Below are positions 1 to 8,357 of a stretch of DNA of 64,000 nucleotides, piece after piece. The stretch lies in IMG/VR virus record IMGVR_UViG_3300028788_000011, positions 3,449 to 67,448 of that record. One strand, given 5' to 3'. The position numbers and the translations under genes were made by a program. Numbering within the stretch: position 1 is the stretch's first letter; each line of letters opens with the position of its first letter. This DNA is from a virus. Its lineage: Duplodnaviria; Caudoviricetes. The notes under the pieces were generated by a model, which ran no database searches, had not been told where the DNA came from, and worked only from the letters and a program-made list of their open reading frames with translations.

Positions 1-1149
1 CGCGCCGGCGGCCACGCACGCAGCGCAGTGCTCCAGCGTGACGGGAACCTGCGACGGATCTAGAAATGGCTTGCCCAGCTTGCGATTGAAGAAATTCTTC
101 ATGTCGGTCGCGCTGCCGTACGAGGTGATAATTTCGTCCGGGCTGATCGTCGGCGACAGGAATTGCGGGAAGTGAAGCGATCGGATGCGCTGGCGCCGGT
201 TTATTTTGGATACTTCCAGCTCGAGTGTCTTGTCCTGGTGCGGCGCATCAGCGCGCCATTCCCCGATCTGCGGGTCATCGATCCAATGGCCGTTCTGGCA
301 GACATACCGGTAGCGGTCCTGTCCCGTATCGAACTTGATGCAAGCAGGGAAATAATCGTCCAGCGGCCGCGCGGTACCGCATGTTTGGCAAGACGTATGG
401 AACCGGTGTTGGCTGCCGCGCAGATACCAGTGGTGGATGTCACTCTCTGGCCAATTGGCCGTGCTTCCCATCAACATGAACCGCACTTCAGACGCGCTGA
501 GCCGTTCGTACGTCTTCTCGATCTGGTCCAGTGTCATCTCCTGGACCTCGTCGAAGTTGAGGACGTCCATCGGGATGGACTCCGTCGTGGCGCGACCACT
601 CGTCCAGCTGAAAACATAGAGGGCATCGTTGAGCCGCCGCTTGGTGACATTGCCCTCGCCGGCCTTGCGCCCGCTGCCGTCCGCAGCATCCTGGCGCATC
701 ATGGCATGAACCGAGGGTATACTGCGCACGATCGGCATGAAGCGCTCGGTCGACTTGATGCCAGCAAGATTCATGTCGGGCAGGAACATGCCGACGGTGC
801 AGGGCCCAAACTTGAGCCCGAGGTACAAAGCGGCCAGGATCTCCATCACGGTGAAACCGACCTGGGCGCACTTCATGATGACAAGAATATAACGGTACGC
901 CTCATCGGCGGTGGTGGGGATCTGGTCGTAGACCCATGCCATGGCGGGTCGGTTATCAAGACGAAACGGTTTTCCGTCGACCTTCAGGCCATCGTGCGCG
1001 AGGCCGCCGCACCATTCCCGGAAACCCATGCCATCTGGGATAACGGTGGTGCTGGGTACTTTGTATCCAGTATGAACCTCCAACCTGGATATCAACTCGT
1101 CCAGCGACGCCGCCGGATCGAACCGCTTCACTTTTGCGACGCGCCCCAT
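1..1149 (-). CDS. terL: Terminase large subunit, lambda gpA type (3' end runs off the window; absent from the ORF track)
   Basis: Manual translation from ATG 1149 (TGATG overlap with upstream gene): MGRVAKVKRFDP...VIMKCAQVGFT (gpA-type Walker A), DVLNFDEVQEM (Walker B), Cys/His zinc-finger segment CQTCG...CQNGH, then FFNRKLGKPF; frame open to position 1. Confidence 0.9.
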   Translation of the reverse strand, partial: MGRVAKVKRFDPAASLDELISRLEVHTGYKVPSTTVIPDGMGFREWCGGLAHDGLKVDGKPFRLDNRPAMAWVYDQIPTTADEAYRYILVIMKCAQVGFTVMEILAALYLGLKFGPCTVGMFLPDMNLAGIKSTERFMPIVRSIPSVHAMMRQDAADGSGRKAGEGNVTKRRLNDALYVFSWTSGRATTESIPMDVLNFDEVQEMTLDQIEKTYERLSASEVRFMLMGSTANWPESDIHHWYLRGSQHRFHTSCQTCGTARPLDDYFPACIKFDTGQDRYRYVCQNGHWIDDPQIGEWRADAPHQDKTLELEVSKINRRQRIRSLHFPQFLSPTISPDEIITSYGSATDMKNFFNRKLGKPFLDPSQVPVTLEHCAACVAAGA

Positions 1150-1799
1150 CAGTACAACCTCGCGTCAATGGTGAGCCCGCGCTTGTTGTTGAGCGTGCGG
1201 ATGCGCGAGAGTATCGCCTGCTGGGTATCGGCGTCGACCTTGCCGACCTCTTCTATTATCATCATGTAAAGTTCTTGCATGCGCTCCAGGTTCCAAACCA
1301 TATCCTGCGAGTGCAGCCAGGTTTCAAGCAATTCCAGGCGCCGCCCAAGACTGCGGTCGAACAGCATCGGGTTCTTGATCTTTTCTTCACCGTCCGCCTG
1401 CAACTCGACGGAGTGCTTGCGCAGCATTTTCATGTCGCGCACGAGTTCGTTGAATTGCTCAAGGAATATGAATACTTCGCCAACATTCTCGGAACCGAGA
1501 CCGACCAGCCCGGCTGGCGATGGCGCGACTGGGATATGCTTTTTGAGTTCTCGGGAAGATCGTTCTGGGCTGGCGTTCGACCGAATCCGCTTCTGCATCA
1601 ACTTCAGGTCCATGCCGCCGTCGATGGTGGCGCGCTCCAGATCGTCTTTGACCTCTTTGATCCAGCGCCACATCGACGCTTTTGAAACATTTGGATATTT
1701 GTCGAAAAAATCAGGCCATTCCCGCGGACCATACAGTTTCAGGTGTTCACTGATTGCAATCTTTACCGCCAACTTTTCCGCATTTTTCGGCGCGCTCAT
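1149..1799 (-). CDS. Probable terminase small subunit
   Basis: Translationally coupled immediately upstream of terL; N-terminal HTH-like segment (YPNVSKASMWRWIKEV) followed by helical segments. Confidence 0.65.
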   Translation of the reverse strand: MSAPKNAEKLAVKIAISEHLKLYGPREWPDFFDKYPNVSKASMWRWIKEVKDDLERATIDGGMDLKLMQKRIRSNASPERSSRELKKHIPVAPSPAGLVGLGSENVGEVFIFLEQFNELVRDMKMLRKHSVELQADGEEKIKNPMLFDRSLGRRLELLETWLHSQDMVWNLERMQELYMMIIEEVGKVDADTQQAILSRIRTLNNKRGLTIDARLY

Positions 1800-1806
1800 G
1801 TTGGAT

Positions 1807-1867
1807 ATCCACTCTCATGCACACTATCAAGACTCTCAATGTACTATCACTATCAATGAGAGTGGAT
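1807..1867. repeat. 12-bp perfect inverted repeat ATCCACTCTCAT/ATGAGAGTGGAT with internal CACTATCA repeats
   Basis: Arms at 1807-1818 and 1856-1867, directly upstream of the terS start. Confidence 0.85.
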
Positions 1868-1878
1868 TTTTTGCTGTG

Positions 1879-2265
1879 TCAGGCAGCGTCTGTGCCATCG
1901 TGAACCGGTCCAGGACTGGTGTGGCAATGGCCTTTGCATCCGCCAGTACACCCAGCCTCAAGGACTGGAACCGCAGCAGGTTGAGTCTTTGCCTGTCCAA
2001 CCTGATATGGCATCCACTCGCACTCGCCGGGTTCAGCGGGACGGTCTTGGGCGAGAACGATGTCTGTCAGGCCCATCTGCGCACCGATCTCGTTGCAGAC
2101 CAGAACATTGATTGTGCCATCGTCATTGACATGCAATACCGTGGCGTCGAATGGTTGATCGTGCGCCATAACAGGTTTATTGTCATCGCTTAACTTTGGC
2201 GGAAACGCGGAAAAGCACAATTTTGGCCGATACCATACTTTGCGGCCGACGGTTGGTTCTATCAT
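1879..2265 (-). CDS. Hypothetical phage protein
   Basis: Co-oriented ORF with RBS-like GGAG; PTVGRKVWY...GTINVLV pattern typical of small phage proteins. Confidence 0.7.
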   Translation of the reverse strand: MIEPTVGRKVWYRPKLCFSAFPPKLSDDNKPVMAHDQPFDATVLHVNDDGTINVLVCNEIGAQMGLTDIVLAQDRPAEPGECEWMPYQVGQAKTQPAAVPVLEAGCTGGCKGHCHTSPGPVHDGTDAA

Positions 2266-2304
2266 TATTGCTCCTGTGGTGATGCCGGCAGCCGCCGGCT
2301 CGGG

Positions 2305-2637
2305 TTACAGTTCGACGCGGTTGCTGGCGTCGCGCATGCGTTGTGTGAGACATCCAATGCGGAAGATGAGATCCTGCAGTTGGGCACCAAGCGCCGATTG
2401 AGATGGCGGATTATCAACGCCCAGCGCTTTATCGCTGCTCATATCACGCAAAACCGGCATGATCTTCTGCACCAGTGACCCGGCAGCGTCTTCGAGATCG
2501 CTCAATTCGTTTGAAATTTCCTGAAGACGACTTGGGATTTCGTTCAATGGTGCCAGCCCTGACTCCGATGGCGATGGCGAGTGACGGTCTTCGCGATCCA
2601 ATAACGGTCTCAATACTTTTTGTGGTGCCTTTGCCAT
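2305..2637 (-). CDS. Hypothetical coiled-coil protein
   Basis: GGAG-N6-ATG start at 2637; helical heptad character. Confidence 0.65.
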   Translation of the reverse strand: MAKAPQKVLRPLLDREDRHSPSPSESGLAPLNEIPSRLQEISNELSDLEDAAGSLVQKIMPVLRDMSSDKALGVDNPPSQSALGAQLQDLIFRIGCLTQRMRDASNRVEL

Positions 2638-2676
2638 GTGTATCTCCAATAATTCCGGCGTGCCGCGCCGATGCGG

Positions 2677-2847
2677 TTACCCGAGCGGATACCCGGGTTC
2701 AAATCGTTTTGCCAGCGTCTCGGGTTCGATGACAGCGCCGAGGCGGTGGCGGACATCGGCGCGGGCGCTGGCGATATCTGGAAATTTACCTGCCGCCACA
2801 AGCGCCGCCGCGAGTTCGTTGATCTTGGCTTCAATCGCGGTCACCAT
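2677..2847 (-). CDS. Small hypothetical protein (MVTAIEAKINEL...)
   Basis: AGAGGA upstream of ATG 2847; fills the gap between co-oriented genes. Confidence 0.5.
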   Translation of the reverse strand: MVTAIEAKINELAAALVAAGKFPDIASARADVRHRLGAVIEPETLAKRFEPGYPLG

Positions 2848-3065
2848 TCTGTGTGGTCCTCTTCGAGTAGGCTGTCGTACCGGCGCGCCGCCGCGTCTTT
2901 GTCGATGAGGTCGAACGCCATCAGCGCCGCCGTGATAGGTAGCAACGTGCACCGAGCCATCAACAGAGCGAGAATCAATATCTGCATAAGCACCATACCA
3001 ACCTGCACGATGACGCTGCTGAAGACATGCCAAGCGGCTTGGCGATAGTATGAAATGAAGGTCAT
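2841..3065 (-). CDS. Small membrane protein
   Basis: Long hydrophobic stretch; ATGA overlap with upstream gene. Confidence 0.55.
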   Translation of the reverse strand: MTFISYYRQAAWHVFSSVIVQVGMVLMQILILALLMARCTLLPITAALMAFDLIDKDAAARRYDSLLEEDHTEW

Positions 3066-3586
3066 GACGTGATTATGCCTCGTTTTTGGTTAATTGAATG
3101 AACAAATTCCTGTAAATCTGGACTCCAGGCACCGTAACGTGCGACTTCGCTATGGAACGCCGTGACATCGTGCTCGCGGAGCCCGTAGACGGGGACGCCA
3201 TCGCGGTCGAACTTTGGGTCATCGAACTCGTTGACTTCTTGCTGGATATGACAGAGTTCATGCCAGCACAATGCCTCGCGATCGATCTCGCTGGCGGCAT
3301 TCCACCAGGGTTCGTCAATGACCATCAGGAAGTCGGGGAGCGCGCCGAAGTGCGCTGTCAGCAGTTGCTCGAAGAGATCGCCCAGCTTACCCTGGACTTT
3401 TGGCAGATGCACGGACCCTGCAATTGAGCGGCCCTGATGCCGCTTTTGCTTCCCGCACATCAGGTACTCGATTACGATGTCGTTGTCGACAATGTGTTTG
3501 TGCGTGGGGTCGCGTATTAGCCGCGCGCACACAGCCGCCGGTCCGGTATTTGGATCCGGCGTGCTGTATGGGCCGAAATCATCCAC
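3062..3586 (-). CDS. Putative phage metallopeptidase
   Basis: HELCH (HExxH) motif plus HDVTAF...VARYGAW tail characteristic of the phage metallopeptidase family. Confidence 0.8.
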   Translation of the reverse strand: MDDFGPYSTPDPNTGPAAVCARLIRDPTHKHIVDNDIVIEYLMCGKQKRHQGRSIAGSVHLPKVQGKLGDLFEQLLTAHFGALPDFLMVIDEPWWNAASEIDREALCWHELCHIQQEVNEFDDPKFDRDGVPVYGLREHDVTAFHSEVARYGAWSPDLQEFVHSINQKRGIITS

Positions 3587-3833
3587 GGCTGAACGCCCGC
3601 GCCGGCGGCCAGCCTGCCATACGCTTCAATTCGGCAATGGATATTTCCGTTGCCTCATGCACGCGCAGCAGGATCACTGGACCCATGCCGGCGCGGCCGG
3701 CACGCATATTCGACAGGCTGCAGGGATCGATGTCGATCAGGCGCGCCAGCGCACGATCATTTTTCACGCCTGTGCGCGTCAGGATGGCATCGAAAAAGGC
3801 GGATACGGTGACGGCGTTGGTGGTGGTGGTCAT
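3579..3833 (-). CDS. Small XRE-like HTH protein
   Basis: VKNDRALARLIDIDPCSLSNMRAG...VILLRVHEATEISIAELK; start reassigned to ATG 3833 (GAGG upstream). Confidence 0.8.
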   Translation of the reverse strand: MTTTTNAVTVSAFFDAILTRTGVKNDRALARLIDIDPCSLSNMRAGRAGMGPVILLRVHEATEISIAELKRMAGWPPARAFSRG

Positions 3834-3840
3834 ATTGTCC

Positions 3841-4083
3841 TCAGTGAAGCCATTGTGGTTCGGAATAGGCTGCTGCCAGCCTGGCATGGTATTCATCGGG
3901 GTCATCGTGCGCGCCATCGACACGGCCATTGCGCCAGCCGTGCCAGAACGCACGCGAGAACGTGCTGGCAATCGGTTCCGGCGCGCCGTAGACGCCAGCG
4001 ATGTAGCCTGCCTCGATGTCACCGCATACCAAGTCCTGACGCGCCAGATCGGCTAGGGTATCTATGGGTTTGAATTCGCTCAT
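3841..4083 (-). CDS. Hypothetical protein
   Basis: Co-oriented ORF directly downstream of a late-promoter-like motif. Confidence 0.65.
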   Translation of the reverse strand: MSEFKPIDTLADLARQDLVCGDIEAGYIAGVYGAPEPIASTFSRAFWHGWRNGRVDGAHDDPDEYHARLAAAYSEPQWLH

Positions 4084-4089
4084 GATTAT

Positions 4090-4105
4090 ATTCTGATATC
4101 ACGCC
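4090..4105 (-). promoter_or_regulatory. Late-promoter-like motif GGCGTGAT-AT-CAGAAT, 6 nt before ATG 4083
   Basis: Matches the motif found at seven other intergenic sites; overlaps the MTase stop codon. Confidence 0.6.
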
Positions 4106-5910
4106 ATGATGATGTCAGCAAATAATGTTGATTCGGAGAGAATGCGCTTGCGCGCCATCTCGGCGTAGGCCGGATTAAGTTCGATTCCTATGCAATGGCG
4201 CTGCAGCCGATCGGCAACCAGCCCGGTGGTGCCGGCGCCGAAAAATGGATCGAGTACGGTACACGGTACCACATGCGCGCCAACACATTTACATGCTTGC
4301 GACCAACCAATCGTTTCGACATTGGTATTTCCACGCGGGAAACCATCTCTGTGGTTTGATGCATCCAAAGGCTTTTGATCGCCAGCGCCACGCACGCCTT
4401 TTTCTTCGCTGACATCACTCTGTGGGACAAATGTCGATTCAGTATCTCGTCGCCATGGAGTTCCACAAACAGAGCATGCGCCATGCTGGCTTGATCCGGC
4501 TTTGATGCACGTCTCCGGTAATTCCGGCGGGAAGGTGGCAAAATGCGCATCCTTGAACGAGTGGGTTGCCATCGTCCAGACGCTGCGCTTGTTGCGTTTT
4601 TCTGACGGCACATATTCCTTATATTCTGCTTCGTTGCGGCCTTCGCGGTGAATCGTTCCGTGGGCTCCAGCATCAGTATCCCATCCTCCTGGAACCTTGA
4701 TTTTTATGGAGCGCTGCTTTTCAGCATAGGCCAGTAATCCTGCCTTTGTCCGGTGACTGTCATCACCATTTTCGTAAGCTACTTGGCCTTTCGGCGGGTT
4801 GACATTACCGGGGAGTCTTTGCCGATGTTGCGCAGCCGATTGCCCTGGTAAGACATGCTCAGATACAGGCCCAGTGCGATCAAACACTGCTGCTTGCCCA
4901 GACCATGTTTGCGCCGGTTCCTTAATCGCTTCGGCATCGTAGTAATACTTCGCACTTTTCGTCAGAAAGAAAATGTATTCGTGCGACTTGGTGCAGCGGT
5001 CAGTGACGCTTTCTGGCATGGGATTGGGTTTCGACCAAACGATGTCTTGACGAACCCACCAGCCGGCGTCCTGTAGCGCGATCGCCAGTCGGTGCGGCAT
5101 CATCACAAGGTCTTTCGGTTTCAGGGCCGCACTGGTAGAATGTCCGGATGCCAAGCCCAAAGCATCCTTGCCCACAGTGCCAGACACCGACGCGCGCTCG
5201 GCTATGCAAAAATTGCACGCCACCGTATGAGAGAACTCCGGATCGCAATCAGGCAATGAGCACCCGCACGAAAGGCATTCGTCGGCCCGGCGTTGTATCG
5301 GCAAGCACGAAGCCGGAGGTGGCAAAGAAAATCCTTGATTGGTGGACGCCGGAGCGGCGCGAAGCGGCACGTCTGCGAGCCCAGAAGAACTTGGCTGACC
5401 CAGAATGGCGGCTTCGGTGTGGGCAGCCTGGAGAGACGAATCCAATGTGGGAAAACGGTCGGTCACAGATACCGTATGCCCGCGGCTGGACTCGGACTGC
5501 AAAGGCTCTGGCATGGCAGCGAGCCGAGAACCGGTGTGAAATTTGCCAATGCGAGACGCCTTGCGACACCCATCACAAAGATTTCCGCAAAGACAACCAT
5601 GATCTATCGAATCTGCAGGTACTTTGCCGGAGGTGCCACAAGAGGCTGCACGTTGAGCACCTGACCAGTAAGAATCACCCATGTTGATAAAGCAAGTGCC
5701 GTCCGGCCGCAACACACGACGCACTTCCTCGAACACCGCCACCATCGTGGCGATGAATTCCGCCGGCGTTGCTTCAAGTCCGAGCTGGCCATCGACGCCA
5801 TAATCGCGCAATCCCCAATATGGCGGGCTGCTCACGACGCAATGCACTGAGTTATCGGGCAACTTGCGCAACTGCTCGCGGACATCGCCAACCATGATCG
5901 TAACGGTCAT
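4099..5910 (-). CDS. N4-cytosine/N6-adenine DNA methyltransferase (beta class) with a ~180-aa in-frame insertion
   Basis: SPPY catalytic motif near the N-terminus, NMGDSY, KPKDL, WSKPNPMPES, HFATFP, DPFFGAGTT SAM-binding motif near the C-terminus. Confidence 0.92.
   Translation of the reverse strand: MTVTIMVGDVREQLRKLPDNSVHCVVSSPPYWGLRDYGVDGQLGLEATPAEFIATMVAVFEEVRRVLRPDGTCFINMGDSYWSGAQRAASCGTSGKVPADSIDHGCLCGNLCDGCRKASRIGKFHTGSRLAAMPEPLQSESSRGHTVSVTDRFPTLDSSLQAAHTEAAILGQPSSSGLADVPLRAAPASTNQGFSLPPPASCLPIQRRADECLSCGCSLPDCDPEFSHTVACNFCIAERASVSGTVGKDALGLASGHSTSAALKPKDLVMMPHRLAIALQDAGWWVRQDIVWSKPNPMPESVTDRCTKSHEYIFFLTKSAKYYYDAEAIKEPAQTWSGQAAVFDRTGPVSEHVLPGQSAAQHRQRLPGNVNPPKGQVAYENGDDSHRTKAGLLAYAEKQRSIKIKVPGGWDTDAGAHGTIHREGRNEAEYKEYVPSEKRNKRSVWTMATHSFKDAHFATFPPELPETCIKAGSSQHGACSVCGTPWRRDTESTFVPQSDVSEEKGVRGAGDQKPLDASNHRDGFPRGNTNVETIGWSQACKCVGAHVVPCTVLDPFFGAGTTGLVADRLQRHCIGIELNPAYAEMARKRILSESTLFADIIMA
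5148..5687 (+). CDS. HNH endonuclease nested antisense inside the MTase gene
   Basis: CPQC...CKNC N-terminal zinc knuckle, NUMOD3-like GETNPMWENGRS, and CEIC...DTHHKDFRKDNHDLSNLQVLCRRCHKRLH HNH core. Confidence 0.88.
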   Translation: MPSPKHPCPQCQTPTRARLCKNCTPPYERTPDRNQAMSTRTKGIRRPGVVSASTKPEVAKKILDWWTPERREAARLRAQKNLADPEWRLRCGQPGETNPMWENGRSQIPYARGWTRTAKALAWQRAENRCEICQCETPCDTHHKDFRKDNHDLSNLQVLCRRCHKRLHVEHLTSKNHPC

Positions 5911-6089
5911 CCCCGCACCAACCGTTCCCGCACCTCGACAACGCTCTCATAATTCCCCATGGCGAGCGGCGGGAAAGGCCGCTGCGAGATGGTGACCACG
6001 AGCCCGAGCTTGTTCGCGGCTATCACCAGGTCGCGCGCGCAGGATTCGACCTCGCGCTGGATTTGGTTGTCGGCTACGGCAGTATTCAC
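5907..6089 (-). CDS. Hypothetical protein
   Basis: Coupled overlaps with both neighbours. Confidence 0.6.
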   Translation of the reverse strand: MNTAVADNQIQREVESCARDLVIAANKLGLVVTISQRPFPPLAMGNYESVVEVRERLVRG

Positions 6090-7021
6090 TTTTTACCCCT
6101 GGCAACATCAAACACGCTGAGATAGTCCAGCATCTCAACGACCTGTTCGCGCGACAGCGTTGCGACGGTGCGATCGCCATCGGCGATGTGGAGTTCGCCG
6201 CTACTCCAGATCGCAAACGATGCCGCAGCGATGCGCAGCGGACCGGATGCAGCCGCCTGCTTGTCGCCATGAAGTAGCGACTCAACATGTGCAATATCCT
6301 CAGCTGTCGGCGCCGTGATAATGTACGTGGCATCGCCGAGACTCCACTCGACCTGCATGCGAGTGTCAGTGAGTTCGCGCGCAGTCGTCGTCGGTGCGGG
6401 CAAGTCCTCGGTCGGCCAGTCCAAACCCGTGAATTCCTTGTAGTCTTTTTTGTAATCGTCGTCGGTTGCGGGCACGTGCGGTGCAGGCTCCGGCGCTGCG
6501 TCAACCGCGCGCGTGCTGATAGCGGGATTGAACACCAACGGCTTCAGCGGTGCCGGCGCTGATCCAGCGCCAAGCGACCACTGGCGGCTGTTCTTGTTGA
6601 TCCTGCCGCCTTTGATCGCGCCGGCCAGCCATGTCGACGGGAACTGCCCTGGCTTGAGGCCAAGGACATGCGCGAGTTCGTCGCTGGTGGCGCTGCCGCC
6701 GTTGGCGGTAATGAACGCAATCGCCTTTTGCTCTGCAGTCTGCGGCTGGCCACCGGCGGCGACTTCAGCGCTTGCCAGCGCTTTCTCGAATATCGTCGGC
6801 AGTTCGGCCCCAGGCGCTCGGTAGACAGTGATGGTCTTGCCATCCTGCCGCGTGATTGCACTGCAAATCTGCTTGAGGTCGACGAGATCGACCAGCATCG
6901 TATAGGCGACATCGAGTTCGATGTCGAAATGGTCCGCCATATGATCGCATGTGGCGCCAGGATTGACAGTTACGAACGTCGTTATCTCGGCGCCGAGATC
7001 ACGCGGGAGTGGTGCTTTCAC
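6086..7021 (-). CDS. Protein with two winged-HTH-like domains
   Basis: NPGATCDHMADHF and NGGSATSDELAHVLG segments resemble wHTH recognition helices. Confidence 0.6.
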   Translation of the reverse strand: MKAPLPRDLGAEITTFVTVNPGATCDHMADHFDIELDVAYTMLVDLVDLKQICSAITRQDGKTITVYRAPGAELPTIFEKALASAEVAAGGQPQTAEQKAIAFITANGGSATSDELAHVLGLKPGQFPSTWLAGAIKGGRINKNSRQWSLGAGSAPAPLKPLVFNPAISTRAVDAAPEPAPHVPATDDDYKKDYKEFTGLDWPTEDLPAPTTTARELTDTRMQVEWSLGDATYIITAPTAEDIAHVESLLHGDKQAAASGPLRIAAASFAIWSSGELHIADGDRTVATLSREQVVEMLDYLSVFDVARGKK

Positions 7022-7308
7022 GGATAAATTACCTCGAAGTTAAGATGCACAGCAACGTGGTGCTCCAAGACCGCACCGCGCGACGCCATCCAGCCGTCGA
7101 GCATGCGTATGGTATTGCACTGCAGGAGCGCCGCCAAGTCAGCGCGTAGGCATGTCGCCCAGTCGGCGCCAGGGTCAAGATTGATCTCTGCTGGGTTGAC
7201 AACCTCGTGACCTTCACCGCGTAGACGCGCAGCTTCAGCGTGGAAGGCCGGGAAATTGAGTTGCGGGTGTCCAGTCATGGCCCCGCTGATGTAGATGCGC
7301 TTTTTCAT
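7018..7308 (-). CDS. DUF4406-family protein (nucleoside deoxyribosyltransferase-like fold)
   Basis: IYISGAMTGHPQLNFPAF...VVNPAE...MLDGWMASRGAVLEH. Confidence 0.85.
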   Translation of the reverse strand: MKKRIYISGAMTGHPQLNFPAFHAEAARLRGEGHEVVNPAEINLDPGADWATCLRADLAALLQCNTIRMLDGWMASRGAVLEHHVAVHLNFEVIYP

Positions 7309-7331
7309 GTCATGTATTATAAATGATTAAC

Positions 7332-7640
7332 TCACTTCCGCACAAGGAATTCCGGTTCAACCTGGACCGCAACGATCTCGGCCGGTTGCTCGGGGCATTT
7401 TTTATCGTTGACCACGCAACGGATACCTGCGTCTTTGTGGTTGCGGAGTTTGATGCCACAAGCACATAGTGCATGCACTGTATCGTGCTCGCTGCGCGTC
7501 TCAGTGCCGCAGTTGGTGCAGCGATGGACATGGATTTGCTCGACTGTGTAGCGGTGGATGATGCGGCCCAAACACACGCGGCAAACATGCTGTGTGAGAT
7601 CCCAGCCGAACTGGTCCGGTGAATACTGCTTCTTCGCCAT
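7332..7640 (-). CDS. Cys-rich zinc-finger protein
   Basis: CRVC, CTNC and CACG motifs. Confidence 0.65.
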   Translation of the reverse strand: MAKKQYSPDQFGWDLTQHVCRVCLGRIIHRYTVEQIHVHRCTNCGTETRSEHDTVHALCACGIKLRNHKDAGIRCVVNDKKCPEQPAEIVAVQVEPEFLVRK

Positions 7641-8161
7641 CAGAACAGCCTCATCTGGTTGATCGGGCCCCCGAACTCACCACGGAATGCGAAGCGTACT
7701 TTTTTCTGGCTATCCCGCAGCGCCGCCCACATCAACTCGACGGTATCGACGCAGAGTTGGAAGCGCAAGACCTTCGGTTCATCGCCAGACATGTACCCGA
7801 GCACGCGCGTATCTAGGCGCAACATGCGCAGTGGCCACTTGCCTTTGGCGTTCCGGCCCTTGATCCATTCAAGCTGGCGGTTGTAGCAGCTCACACACAG
7901 ATGCCGGTAGATTAGCCGTGGCGCACCCTCGTGGCAACGCGCGCAAGTGACAGTGCCTTTGATGGGGGACATGTTGGCAGCTGTCTCGCCAGCGTGCAAA
8001 GCGCCGACCGGGCAGGATTTGCACTTGTACATGCGCTCGATGCTGTTGTGATTGGCCTGCCGCCACATGACAGCGCAGCTATCGACCGTCAGGGTAGAGT
8101 GGTATTTGTCGCAGTCAAAGAACTGCTTGCCAGGCATCTCTTCACGCAAGAAATAGAGCAT
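7640..8161 (-). CDS. Multi-zinc-finger protein
   Basis: CKSCPVG, CARC and CVSCYNR motifs; first gene of the leftward unit. Confidence 0.7.
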   Translation of the reverse strand: MLYFLREEMPGKQFFDCDKYHSTLTVDSCAVMWRQANHNSIERMYKCKSCPVGALHAGETAANMSPIKGTVTCARCHEGAPRLIYRHLCVSCYNRQLEWIKGRNAKGKWPLRMLRLDTRVLGYMSGDEPKVLRFQLCVDTVELMWAALRDSQKKVRFAFRGEFGGPINQMRLF

Positions 8162-8238
8162 TTCGTCATCCCTGAATTGATTTTTGTGGATGGTAGCATA
8201 TTCTAATTAATCAAATAAAGATATTTCTTTTAGTTTAT

Positions 8239-8285
8239 CGGATTTGTGCGTAAAACCTCGCCCTTCAGGGCGGGGAGGATGTCAA
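8239..8285 (+). mobile_element. 47-bp IS200/IS605 LE-RE fusion (PATE-like miniature element)
   Basis: TTAT|cggatttgtgcgt-AAAA-cctcgccc-ttca-gggcgggg-aggatg-TCAA; 5' half matches the left end and 3' half the right end of the element at 27264-28563. Confidence 0.8.
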
Positions 8286-8357
8286 AGATGTGTCTGCTTG
8301 GAAACGCACAGACGCCACCATTCCGACATGCTACTCGGTGCAAATACTTATCAAAAC

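Noticed and set aside
163-1269. 368-aa plus-strand ORF
   Set aside because: Codon-aligned antisense shadow of terL; no recognisable motifs
5130-5665. Intein or self-splicing intron as explanation for the MTase insertion
   Set aside because: No C/S...HN intein termini and no group I/II core recognised by eye; not formally excluded without covariance-model search
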